Positions 12,188-23,526 of a stretch of DNA of 64,000 nt are shown one piece after another. A program made the translations under genes and the position numbers. Below the pieces are notes generated by a model, which saw only the letters and a program-made list of their open reading frames with translations, was not told the origin of the DNA and ran no database searches. Source of the stretch: Narcine bancroftii (lineage: Eukaryota); assembly GCF_036971445.1 (NCBI RefSeq), contig NC_091474.1:127038001-127102000 (forward strand). The letters are read 5' to 3'. Every line of letters begins with the position of its first letter. Position 1 is the first letter of the stretch.

Positions 12188-13515
12188 TGAATAAAAGGCA
12201 GACTTAATGAAGAAAATGCATTTGAAAGGAAAAAATGCCATCCCTTTAAATACATTTTCATTAACAGAAAAAATGCAAGATTTCTGCAGAACTTCAAAAC
12301 AAAATTCCAAATTGCTTTGTAGATTTACTACTAGTGAAAAGTATTCATACTTTTGTAATGTGATGTACTGCTGGCCAATCAACAATCTCCTTTTATCAAA
12401 AGCCATACCCTGCTGTCCAGCATCCAGCCAATCAGGTGTGTGCCTGCCCACAAGCCTGAGCCCACACTGCATTGGCTGGCCCTGGTAATTGGCCCCTGGT
12501 CTGCAGAGTGGGAAGTTCAGGCACTACCATTGGTCCCTGCTCAGCAGGACAGGACATATTTAAGTCTAAGCCAGTATTGGCCATGTCTTAGAACATTGTT
12601 CATTTCCCTACCACCCCCACCCCCGAGGATCACCACACATATATAATCAAAATCATTGAGGTTTCAATTAATCCAACAAGAATGAAGGTAGAGGGGGGGA
12701 ATCCTTAAGAAATCAGCACCACACTGCACTAATTGCAATTAGTGACTGCTCGGAAACCAACAGAAAATGCTAATTATTTTGACAACCTCACTCTCAATAA
12801 TTTAGTGACCATGAACCAGAAGATTTTCCAGCCTCTTGCAAAACACATTTTTTTAAAAATCGCATTTTAAATTAATTTAAAGGGAGCAAGAAACGAACAA
12901 GCATTCTGGATGCAAGCCTCAGTCACTAACCTACTCCATTCCTGGTTCAGTCCGGACCCCGGCACAAACATTGCTTGCAAAATGGACCCTCAGTTTACTT
13001 TCCAAACAAATTAATGAATCAGATGGCGAACTACAAAGATTTCTATACAATGGGATACACGAATATAGCTTTACAGCAAGTACACAGCAGAGTACTAGTT
13101 AGATAATGCCTGTTTTAAATTTCTCCTCACAGCCTACTTCTCTAACCTTTATATTTATCCTGTGTATTTGTTGTCTCTTTCAATTTAACTCAGTTCACTT
13201 ACTATTATATATTTTCTTTGCAAGAACCCTTTCAGTTGCAGCACAAAAATTTTGGTGCAGTTGTACATTGAAACAAATAGTTAAAGCAAATAATCAGGGT
13301 ATGATTAAGGGGAAAAAAAGAGCGATGTTGATGAGTTTATTGTCATATACAATGAATACCAGAGTTTACCGACTCTAATGGTTCAGTCTAAGTTTCAATT
13401 CTGGATTACACCTCTCCCTCTCTAACAAGTAGGACATAGGTTTAATCCACAATAGAAGAAATAGTATGGGAATTTTTCAGCTATCAGAGAATGAGAGGAG
13501 ACAATTCAAACTTAC

Positions 13516-13667
13516 TTTCTGCAGAATGAGCATCCAACACAGAGATAGGCACATTTCCTCGTCTGACATCCCAGATACATAATGTTCCATCCTGGCCACC
13601 TGTTCCCACTATGTGCTGCTGGCTCGGATGTCTGTCTACACAGTGCAGAGGCACGCGTTCATCTGTA
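13516..13667 (-). CDS. NUP43: NUP43 exon 6
   Basis: TDERVPLHCVDRHPSQQHIVGTGGQDGTLCIWDVR (WD40); 152 nt; AG/GT boundaries are phase-consistent. Confidence 0.95.
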
Positions 13668-14139
13668 CTGCAAATGGAAGCATCCAAAAATGCAAACATT
13701 TCACATCATTTTAGTTCCAGGACAACCAAGTTTGCACACCCATTGAAACTCTAATGCAAGGGTTTGATAGAATAGTGTAGATATAAAGTTTTGACTAAAG
13801 TGAGATCAGAACTAGGGACCAAAATAACAAATTATATGGCTCATGTAGTAAATAGAGATTGAAATACCGTACTAATAAATCCAATAGAAAATACAGGAAA
13901 AAACTCTGCATTCATAAGTGGTAAGAATGCAGAACTTACAATTATAAATGAGCAAAAGGCACAAATGTCTTTATGGGCAAACCAAGCAAAGAGAAAGAAA
14001 GTGCTATATAATTGGATGGTGAAAGAGGTGTGGAGGACAAATTCCAGAAAAGAACTGCCAGTTTGTTACTCCACATCAACTCAATGCAAGTAGTTGAAAA
14101 CTTTTCAACAGTAGTAAATTAATGTCAATTCAAGAATGG

Positions 14140-14590
14140 CTTTACCCTCTTGTTTAATTATGGAAAGGATATCTTTTTCAATCCAAGATAAGATGTCTTT
14201 TTATAAGTTGAAGTGGACTCCATTTGTAAAGTATATGCAATTAAGTTTGATTTAAGTATGCTCTTAGATGTGATATTTTAGATCTGATAAATCTTATTTT
14301 AATTATTTTTATTTGTCATATTTTTCTTTTTTTTGTGTGTTTTTTTTAAATACATAATATTATTAATTTTACTAATTCTTCACTCTTTATTTTGGGGGAG
14401 GGGAAGGGTGGTTTTTTTTAATATATATATATAGATTTTTAGTTCTTGTATATGTAGGGGGGGTTATTGAATTAAGTTAGGTTATTAATGTTGTATTGTA
14501 ATTATATTATTTTATTTTATAACTTTTCTTTAAATGTAATCTTTCTTTTTATTCCTGTGATAAAACCTTTAAATAAAGTTTAAATAAAAA
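14140..14590 (+). mobile_element. Degenerate L1/Tx1-like 3' end
   Basis: AT-rich 3' UTR with G-runs, ending aataaagtttaaataaaaa. Flanked by similar aagaatggct...taccct sequence (about 14131 and 14589), a possible TSD. Confidence 0.5.
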
Positions 14591-15522
14591 GAATGGCTCT
14601 ACCCTTTCTCATCATCTGTGGAATCTTCTCTTTGATGGCTGCATTTTACACCCATTTGAGTAAGAAAGATTGATAACTATCCAAACATTTAAGGTAATAA
14701 ATGTTAGCTATTTTGTGCAATTTTAAATCTAGAAAAAGGATTATTTTTCATCAAAAAGCTGAGATCCGAATGAAATAGTCACAGTTGAGGCATTTTGATC
14801 AAGTAAATAAGCCATCACTAGATTTACTGTACATTGTTGGCCATGATTCAAGGGCATCATTCACTCAGGTCAAGTTCAGATTGCAAATTCAGTCCAAAAA
14901 CCTAGTTTTACACATCAGTGTAATAATGAGGGAGGAGTGATGTACTATTGCCTTTTGAGTGAGATATTCAACAAAGGCCTGCTGCACATGGACATAAATT
15001 ACCTACCACAATATTTATGGAAGAGCAGAGGGTGGTTCAGTCAAATAGAAAATACGGTCATTTTCTGAATGTTTGTAGGACCTGTGATTATATTTCAAAA
15101 GAATACTATGAAGCATTACAAAAGTGTCAAAATTGTATAATGAAAAATAAGTTACTAAAGTCAGGACTGAGGGGAGAAGAAATTATTTAAAGTTGATATC
15201 TCAAAACAAAGGGATGAAAAGGTTTTAAGATATAGAAGGGGAGAAGAGATCTACAACCTGTGGAAATTATAGAAAGGCTGACAGTCAGTACAGCAAGTGA
15301 AAATAAAATACTGCAGATGGGATAAATAGGTGTCACACAATATTAAATGAGGACAAGTGTTGGGAATGTGAAATGGAAACCTAGAATCACTAATTGTCTG
15401 ATGAGTATTTGATTTTATAGAGAGAAAATAAGGAAAAGAATGACACTTATTTGCACGATGGACTCTCAATACTACAAAACAGCGATCCTCTCCTCAAATG
15501 CTCCCTGCAGGGTTTAGAATGC

Positions 15523-16234
15523 TGTTACAGAGTTCTGTGTTGTGTTTTGGCCTATGTGTTGTGTGGTTTTATGTTAAAAAGTGACAGTTTGTCTTAGGGA
15601 GCCAAGGTGAAGGTGGACTGCTGAGAGAGTGGGAGATGGACTGGGCATGTGCAGAAAATGATCTAGAAATTTCTGGACTCGGAAGACAAACCACCACTGG
15701 GTGTGGCTGTGAAGTGGAAGGAGGCCCAAGCAGAGTAATTGTCTGGGAGCCAGTTTAGAATGTTGGGCATTTTAAAAGGGATGAACAATCCAAAGGCAGC
15801 CAGAAGGATCCAGTCCAAGCCATTGTTCCCCTCTCTGCAAGCAACACAAGAAGACAACTTCGAATTTTGTGCTCTCGCAAAGATCTTTTGGCTTCAGTTT
15901 AACAAACAAACTGAATTTTGTTTATGATCTTTGCTTCGGTTGAGATCGAAGTTTTGTGAGTCTTGTGTATTTTGTGTTTGTTTTGTGTCTAAGTTTTTCT
16001 GTGGGTTGGTTGGAAATATAACTTGGACTTTAATTACATGTGTTATATTTAGGTTGGGGAATTTATTAGTTTTACATTGTTATAGAAATTTACATAGTAA
16101 CCAGTGGGCATTGTTATAAAAAGGGGGGATTTTTAATAAAAGTTTGAAGGTGAATTTTTGCTAATTAAGTAATTGTTCATCTTTACCCCTGTGTGATATG
16201 CCTTCTTTGTGGTTGCTGGTTTGATCTTGTAACA
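15523..16234 (+). mobile_element. Solo LTR (712 bp) with a 4-bp TSD
   Basis: Termini TGTTACA...TGTAACA, ATGC on both flanks (15519-15522 and 16235-16238), internal AATAAA at about 16135. Confidence 0.85.
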
Positions 16235-16756
16235 ATGCATACAAGTGGAAACGGACATCTAATTCTAATGGGATAAGAACAGATCTGACCCAGGTAAATT
16301 GGAACAAAACAGGAATTGTTGGCTGATCTTGAGGAAGAGATGATTTAGAGTCGGTTGGGAACACTCCCATGATGAGCAAGGGGAAATGCAGAGCAACGTC
16401 AAAAAACGTGCCACACAATTTTTTATTAGAAAGCAGTAAAACATAGTCAAAAGAGTAACTGCTTTATTTTTTGAGATGTTTTCTCCTGTGTTCCAGTAAA
16501 TAAATAATTGTTACATTTATTGGGCCTCTTCTCACCTTCCCCCATATCTTTCTGTTTTACAATGCATGAACAGAATTTCATTCAAACTTTTTTTGAAAGC
16601 CTGAAAAATCTATTATTACATTATTTATTTTAGGAATATTATAGATCAAAGGCACAAACCATGCAATTCTTGCTCATGCAACTGCAATTATACTCTCCAT
16701 CTTGTAATTTTACCTGCATCAGCTATAGACTTAAAACAAGTTCATCTTAAACTTAC

Positions 16757-16892
16757 AAAGAATATATCTGCAAAGGTTTGTTTCCTGGCTGCCTGAAGTC
16801 CCAGACTTTCAATTGTCCAATAGAATTGACTGTCAAAACCTCTGTGGTTCGCAGAAAGGTAACTGCATTAAGTGAACTGCTGTCAGCATTGT
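16757..16892 (-). CDS. NUP43: NUP43 exon 5
   Basis: DNADSSSLNAVTFLRTTEVLTVNSIGQLKVWDFRQ; 136 nt; acceptor ttttcAG, donor GTAAGT. Confidence 0.95.
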
Positions 16893-17300
16893 CTGAAAAG
16901 GAACAGAAGTAACAAGCTGAAACCTGGAGACTTACTTTCAAAGAAATATTCAGAACTAAAACTTGTCACAGTTTGTCAGGCTTTTATTCCAACAGTATCT
17001 TGTGAGGCAGAGCTTTATAACGAAAGCCTGCTCTCATTTTGCAATATTATTTCATATAGCATGTGCCAGTTAGTTGACAGCACTAAGTAGATTTGTGTTC
17101 CATTCCAAGGACATTTTCCCATCACACTCTTCAAAGAAAACTTTTACAGTGAAGCAGTGACTTACTAAAAGGACATGAAACCAAGGTTCTCTCAGGTGGA
17201 CACAAACAAAATGATGCCATTATTTCAAGACAATCAAACAAATCACACTGTTGATCTGTGAACACCTTCACTCTGCATCATCTCGATGTATGTACTTTAC

Positions 17301-17345
17301 TTTGGCTTGGCTTCGCGGACGAAGATTTATGGAGGGGGTAAAAAT
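17301..17345 (-). mobile_element. RTE LINE 3'-end stub
   Basis: tttggcttggcttcgcggacgaagatttatggagggggtaaaaa is identical to the 3' end of the 17946 copy. Confidence 0.8.
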
Positions 17346-17804
17346 ATACACATGTGATGCATGTGTATATATACATGTTAAATAGAAATTGACTGCTAAA
17401 AGTTCACCTTGCCACATAAGGAAAAGTAGCTCCAAGTACTCAATCTTTTATTGGGATTGCAAGCCATCCACAAGCAATATAACAGCTTTGAAAGTGACTG
17501 TTGTTTTTGAGCACAAGTAATTTAAATATTGACAAAAGCAATCACAGTTAATAAATTATAAATTAATTCCTTTTGCCAAACATCAGCACCTCTTTTATAG
17601 TCATTTGAAAACGACCCCACCGTCCAAAAATGTAATGAATTCTATTAACTTAGAAGACTAAACACATTGAATACAAGGGAGCGTATTTGAACACATAATA
17701 TCTGCAAATAACATGCAAAACAAGAAAGCAATTAACAGTGTTACATCAGCGCACTAGATCAGATTAAAACTGAAAGATTTGCATAAAGTCAAGGTACCTA
17801 TTAT

Positions 17805-17866
17805 TAGTTACAAATTATGGCTGTTGTGTTCTGAATAGTTACAAATTATGGCTGTTGTGTTCTGAA
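17805..17866. repeat. Perfect 31-bp tandem duplication
   Basis: tagttacaaattatggctgttgtgttctgaa twice. Confidence 0.9.
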
Positions 17867-17945
17867 TACATTTTCAAAACCATAAGGTAAAAAATGAATA
17901 CCAACAATCCAAATAATTCATACATTTTCTTCTGTAAGTCCATCT

Positions 17946-18878
17946 TTCTTTGGCTTGGCTTCGCGGACGAAGATTTATGGAGGGGGTAAAAAGTCCACGT
18001 CAGCTGCAGGCTCGTTTGTGGCTGACAAGTCCGATGCGGGACAGGCAGACACGATTGCAGCGGTTGCAGGGGAAAATTGGTTGGTTGGGGTTGGGTGTTG
18101 GGTTTTTCCTCCTTTGCCTTTTGTCAGTGAGGTGGGCTCTGCGGTCTTCTTCAAAGGAGGTTGCTGCCCGCCAAACTGTGAGGCGCCAAGATGCACGGTT
18201 TGAGGCGTTATCAGCCCACTGGCGGTGGTCAATGTGGCAGGCACCAAGAGATTTCTTTAGGCAGACCTTGTACCTTTTCTTTGGTGCACCTCTGTCACGG
18301 TGGCCAGTGGAGAGCTCGCCATATAACACGATCTTGGGAAGGCGATGGTCCTCCATTCTGGAGACGTGACCCATCCAGCGCAGCTGGATCTTCAGCAGCG
18401 TGGACTCGATGCTGTCGACCTCTGCCATCTCGAGTACTTCGACGTTAGGGATGAAAGCGCTCCAATGGATGTTGAGGATGGAGCGGAGACAACGCTGGTG
18501 GAAGCGTTCTAGGAGCCGTAGGTGGTGCCGGTAGAGGACCCATGATTCGGAGCCGAACAGGAGTGTGGGTATGACAACGGCTCTGTATACGCTTATCTTT
18601 GTGAGGTTTTTCAGTTGGTTGTTTTTCCAGACTCTTTTGTGTAGTCTTCCAAAGGCGCTATTTGCCTTGGCGAGTCTGTTGTCTATCTCATTGTCGATCC
18701 TTGCATCTGATGAAATGGTGCAGCCGAGATAGGTAAACTGGTTGACCGTTTTGAGTTTTGTGTGCCCGATGGAGATGTGGGGGGGCTGGTAGTCATGGTG
18801 GGGAGCTGGCTGATGGAGGACCTCAGTTTTCTTCAGGCTGACTTCCAGGCCAAACATTTTGGCAGTTTCCGCAAAGCA
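17946..18878 (-). mobile_element. Young 5'-truncated RTE-clade LINE (open RT C-terminal ORF 18000-18878)
   Basis: FGLEVSLKKTEVL...FTYLG...QLRWMGHV.RM...C..C..SRIGL.SH is an RTE C-terminus. Possible ATCT TSD. Near-identical to the copy at 53080-54209. Confidence 0.92.
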
Positions 18879-19708
18879 ATCTCCTTCCAAAACCCATAGG
18901 TGTTGGAAGATATTTTTTCCAAAAATGGAAGTAGTTTTTGTTTACTGATTGCCTAATGAGGATACTATTCTGGATCAAAATCAAAATAGAGCAAAACTAA
19001 GCGGAGTCATCAGGAAGGCAAAGGGAAATTGATACTGTAAATCTGATTCCAGTTGAAGAACAACTATTCTGCTGTTATCAGACCACTAAATTAACCTTCC
19101 CATGAGTCAAAGATGTCTTTCACTGTTTAACTGTACTTTTCCCTTTAATACAGCTTATTTATTGTGACATGATTCTTTGCACATTTTTTTTTTTAATAAA
19201 TTCTTGCACTACCTGCTTAACTTGACTAGGTTTCCTTGCCTGGATAACAATTTTTCACAGCACCTTGATACACATGATGAACAATTCAATTTTATTTCTA
19301 TTTACAATTTGTTTTTGATTTTTTTCGTATTTCCTCAGGGAATACTCTGCAGTGGGTTAAGGCAAAATAGCAAACCCACATTGGACAAGAGTCTGAAGTA
19401 CAGCATATCCATCTGATTGGAGCTTCAAATGTACTCAGGACAAACTATCCACTTCAAACTGCCCATTCACCAAGTAAAGCATCAACCTCAGTCTCCGTTG
19501 CACATACATACCACAGTCATGTTGCAAAATATTACAGCAAAGACCCACAATCTCCACAAACAAGGACAATGGAGAGCAAATGCATAGAATACCAACAACT
19601 CCCACTCCCACAGCATCCCAGGTTGGAAATACATTCAGCATCATTTCATTTTACCAAACAAAATCTTGGAACTTATTCCTTAACATCAATGGGGATATTT
19701 ACTCCACA

Positions 19709-19770
19709 AGGATTCTAGCAGAAGATTACCAGCTCCACGAGGATTCTAGCAGAAGATTACCAGCTCCATG
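19709..19770. repeat. 31-bp tandem duplication (1 mismatch)
   Basis: aggattctagcagaagattaccagctcca(c/t)g twice. Confidence 0.88.
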
Positions 19771-19889
19771 AGGACAATTTGCCTTGTTCCAAAATTCCAA
19801 CCCCTTTCAACAGAATGTACCTCCTGTGTTACAACCAAATAAAAAGATTGCTCGGCCATGTACATCCCATCATGTACAAGGTCCCACAT

Positions 19890-20740
19890 GAGGTTATAAC
19901 AAAATAAAGGATCAAAAGATTGGACAATCCGTTGGCTAATGGCAGAAAACACAAGTAAATACGAGTTTTTTTTTTAACATTGGGTAATGGCAACTAGCAA
20001 GATACCACAGGGAAGGATCCTTGGGCCTCATCTATTTATAATCTATTATAATGTATCCAAGTGGAAGGATGATCCAAAGCTAATAGAGTGACTGGCATGG
20101 ATGGCAAAAATCTTTAAAGGGAAAACATGAAGCTTGGTTAAAAAAAAACTACAAAAAATTAAGTCTCCCTAGTGTTGGTATTCAGATGAGACCAGATGAC
20201 CTTTAATGAATTATAAAATTAACATAGAAATCCAATAACATAGAGAAACCAATGGTACACCAGCATAACTACAAAGGTATTGGAATGCAAGAGTAAAGAC
20301 TTATGTTAATTATGTAGGGCTGTGACGAGACCATAACGGAAGCACTTGGTAGTTTACCAAGAAAGGACAACTGTCCTTAGTGGAAATGCAGGGAAGGCTC
20401 ATCTGATTGATTCCCTGAGGAAAGGTTGAATGCATTAGGTATACTACTAGTGGACTTGTTTAAGAGGGCTTAACAGATTATATGCTGGAAGGACATTTCT
20501 TCCCCTATCCCACCCAGCTGAAATGGCTAGTGCTAGGGTAGCAGATAAAGTGGGAGGGGTCAAGATCTCAGCAAAAGGGATGAACCATTTAGTACTAAGA
20601 AAGAAGACAAATTTCCCACAAAGAATTGCAGGTCTTTGAAATTTACAATTGAAAATGTAGTGGATGGTCAACATTTGATAATGAAAGCAAACTTGCAGAC
20701 CTGAAAAATCTTATTTAATCGAGGAGCAGGTTTGAAGGAA
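19890..20740 (+). mobile_element. Highly degenerate CR1 LINE fragment
   Basis: Remnants of the PQG.LGP.LF.IY motif (ccacagggaaggatccttgggcctcatctattt) and a CR1-like 3' region. Confidence 0.5.
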
Positions 20741-21319
20741 AGAGGTAGATAGAGTAGCACAGGAATTTAAGGAAGAAATTCAAGAGCTTGTGGTTTTGAT
20801 AGAAAAAGCCAGTCACCAGCGATAGAAGGAATTAAAAATGTGGAATGATTACAAATTCAGATGAAGGAAGGGGATTACCAGAATTGGGAATGAAATCACT
20901 CCCATTCAGGTGGTGACCCATGGAAAAGGAGCAAGTCCATTACTGCAAAACATACCTATGAAAACATGGTTGGATGCAGAGATCTGGGTACTTGTGATAC
21001 TGCTTTCAGGCCAGGGGATAGGATGACACTAAGATTAGTCAGGGGTGAATTCTCCCATGCAATTGAGAAGGTAAAGCATGGATACACTCAGAACCACAGA
21101 CAGCTGTGTGACACCAACAGCACGAGATGCACATGGCAAGGGATCAAGACTACAACGGATCACAAGTCAATAACACCTCCCTTCGCAACAGACTACTCAT
21201 CTTCTATTCACGGTTTGAGCAGAACAAGGTGACACTGATAAACGGGCCCCCTGCATAGCCACACAAGGTGAAGAGAACCCTATCCAAGTTGAACACACAA
21301 GGTAGAACCAGACCACATA

Positions 21320-23526
21320 CCATATATTTCGGCATATACCGAACCCCCTGCCCCCTTTTTTTCAGCTTCATTTTAAGGGTTTTATGGTATATCCAGTGTA
21401 CAAGTCAACCCCCATTTTCTGGATGCCTGAGGTGCTCTGTTGACTGGCATAGAAGTCAACCCCCAAAGATTGTGATGCCTGAGATGGGCCTTTGACCTGC
21501 GTCTGTCAATCCCCATAGATTACGCGGATTGACCTGTTGGGCATTGGCTGGAGGTGATTGCTATCATGGATTGTCCATCGACACAACACAGCATCCGATG
21601 AAAATATGAAGCGAGCTTTAAGTTGAAAGTGATAGAAATTACCAAGAAAACCAACAACTGGGCTGCTGCGAGAACATTTGATGTGGATGAGAAGTTGGTT
21701 AGAAATTGGAGGAAGAAAGAAGAGACTTTAAGAAAAATACCAAAAAGGCAATGTTCCTTGGCCAATGAGTGATTACTTTTCTCAGAGTTGGAAAATCACG
21801 TTGCAGAATGGGTACGCGAACAGAGGCACAAGATTGCTGAATAGACACCCGAAATAAAAGAAGAACATTTGCACTGCAGTGGGCCAAGACACATCCAGAC
21901 CTCAGTGATGATTTTGAGGCTACAATTGGCTGGAGCAATCGTTTAATGACAGGAAAAATCTGGTATTTTGCCAAAAAAACAAAAATTGCACAGAAACTAC
22001 CAAAAGATCTTGATCATAAAGTTGTAAGTTTTCTCCAGTTTATTATACGTAACTGGCAGAAACACCAGTGTGCATTGGCAAATATCAGAAACATGGATGA
22101 AACCCCCATAAATTTTGACATGATAGGCAATAGAACAGTGGAATGGAAAGGTGTTAAAACTGTGCAAACCTGAAGTACAGGCCAGTTATGTATAATAAAC
22201 TAGTGAAAACTTGCAACTTTATGATCAAGATCTTTTGATACTTTCTGTGCAATCTTTCCTGTCCATGAAACAATTATACCAGCCAACTGTAGCCTCAAAA
22301 TCATCACTGACATCTGGGTGCCACTTGGCCCACTACAGGCCATGGTGTGAAAAAACACACACAGGCAGGAGAAACTCAACAGGTCAAATAGTGTCTTTAT
22401 GTAGCAAAGGTAAAGATGCATCACCATCAGTTCAGGCATAAGACCTTCTTCAAGGTGTGGGGGACCATGAGAGATGTCCGAACAAAAGCGGGGAGGGTGG
22501 TGGGAGATGAAAAATGGGGGGTTGGGGAGGACTGGAGGAGAGAGGAGTCTAGACTAGGTGGAGAAAGGAAGTAGGAACTGGAATGACTAGTTAAATGGGG
22601 GGAGAGGGAAAAAGGCAAACTAATTTCTCCAGCATTTGTGTTTTTTCACTTAACCATGGTGTCAACAGAATCCTGTTTCACTGCAGGCCAAGGTGTTATT
22701 GTGGATGGCCAACAGGACAAAGTTAAGACCCATGGTAATCTTCAAACGCAAAATTAAACTGAAAATGACATTCCCCGCAGGTATGTTTGCACATTTTCAT
22801 GAAAAAGGATGAATGGATGAAAATGGTGTAAAACTAAGGACAATGTGTGGAATGGGCAATCAGGCAGTTTACGCAAAGATCGGAGTTTGCTGGTCTGGTA
22901 TATATTTTGTAGCCACTTAACTGAGATTAGCTCTACATAATACTTATATGGCGGTTATCCCGGGTGGTTTGACGTCTCCATTGCAACCTCTCAATGACTG
23001 CTTGAACAAGCCATTCAAAGACCACGTGCAAGAGGAATGGAATACATGGATGTCGAGTGCACAAAAATCGTTCCCAAAAGGCGGGGCAATGTGTGCTGCA
23101 TCACTTGAAATGCGGTGTAACTTCATGCTCAAGGCACGGGACAAAGTTAAAGTAGAGACTGTGATAAAATCATTTCAAAAGTGCAGTATCTCTTGTGCAA
23201 TTGATGGCACGGAAGATGATTTATTGTGGGACACAGCCTCATCAGATACAGAAAGTATGGGTGTGCTTGCTGCCATCTTTGCTTCAGATGATGATAGCAT
23301 TTTGAAGTGTTCTAATTATGTTATTTTCAATAAAAATCTCAATGAAAATCTGTTGCAGTTGGATTTTTTTTTTGTTTTTCAAAAGTCAACATACGCCAGA
23401 TCAGCATGAATTGGATTTTGAGCTGAATTTTGGTGTCAAAAGTATATCTGGCTATAAGCAGACCCCCCTAGTTTTTGCAAGATTTTTTTGGGTTTCACAA
23501 CTTGACTTGTATGCCAAAATATATGG
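21320..23526 (+). mobile_element. pogo-family (POGK-like) DNA transposon with a decayed transposase
   Basis: TIRs ccatatatttcggcatata / tgtatgccaaaatatatgg, TA on the left flank. Brinker-like DBD (KYEASFKLKVIE...AAARTFDV), then NMDETP and IPGGLTSPLQPL (DDE_1) fragments. Confidence 0.88.
22341..22680. mobile_element. Fold-back Penelope terminal repeat inserted in the pogo element
   Basis: ggagaaactcaacaggtc at the start and its inverse tttctccagcatttgtgttt near the end. Confidence 0.6.

Noticed and set aside
11816-12472. 218-aa ORF as a novel gene
   Set aside because: It is a chimera of an L1 ORF2 tail and flanking intron across the TSD.
17950-18448. Plus-strand ORFs repeated at about 53.1 kb, read as duplicated genes
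   Set aside because: They are antisense frames of the two RTE copies.
21590-23260. Domesticated POGK-like gene
   Set aside because: It has multiple stops and frameshifts, an inversion and an insertion, and it retains TIRs, so it is a dead transposon.
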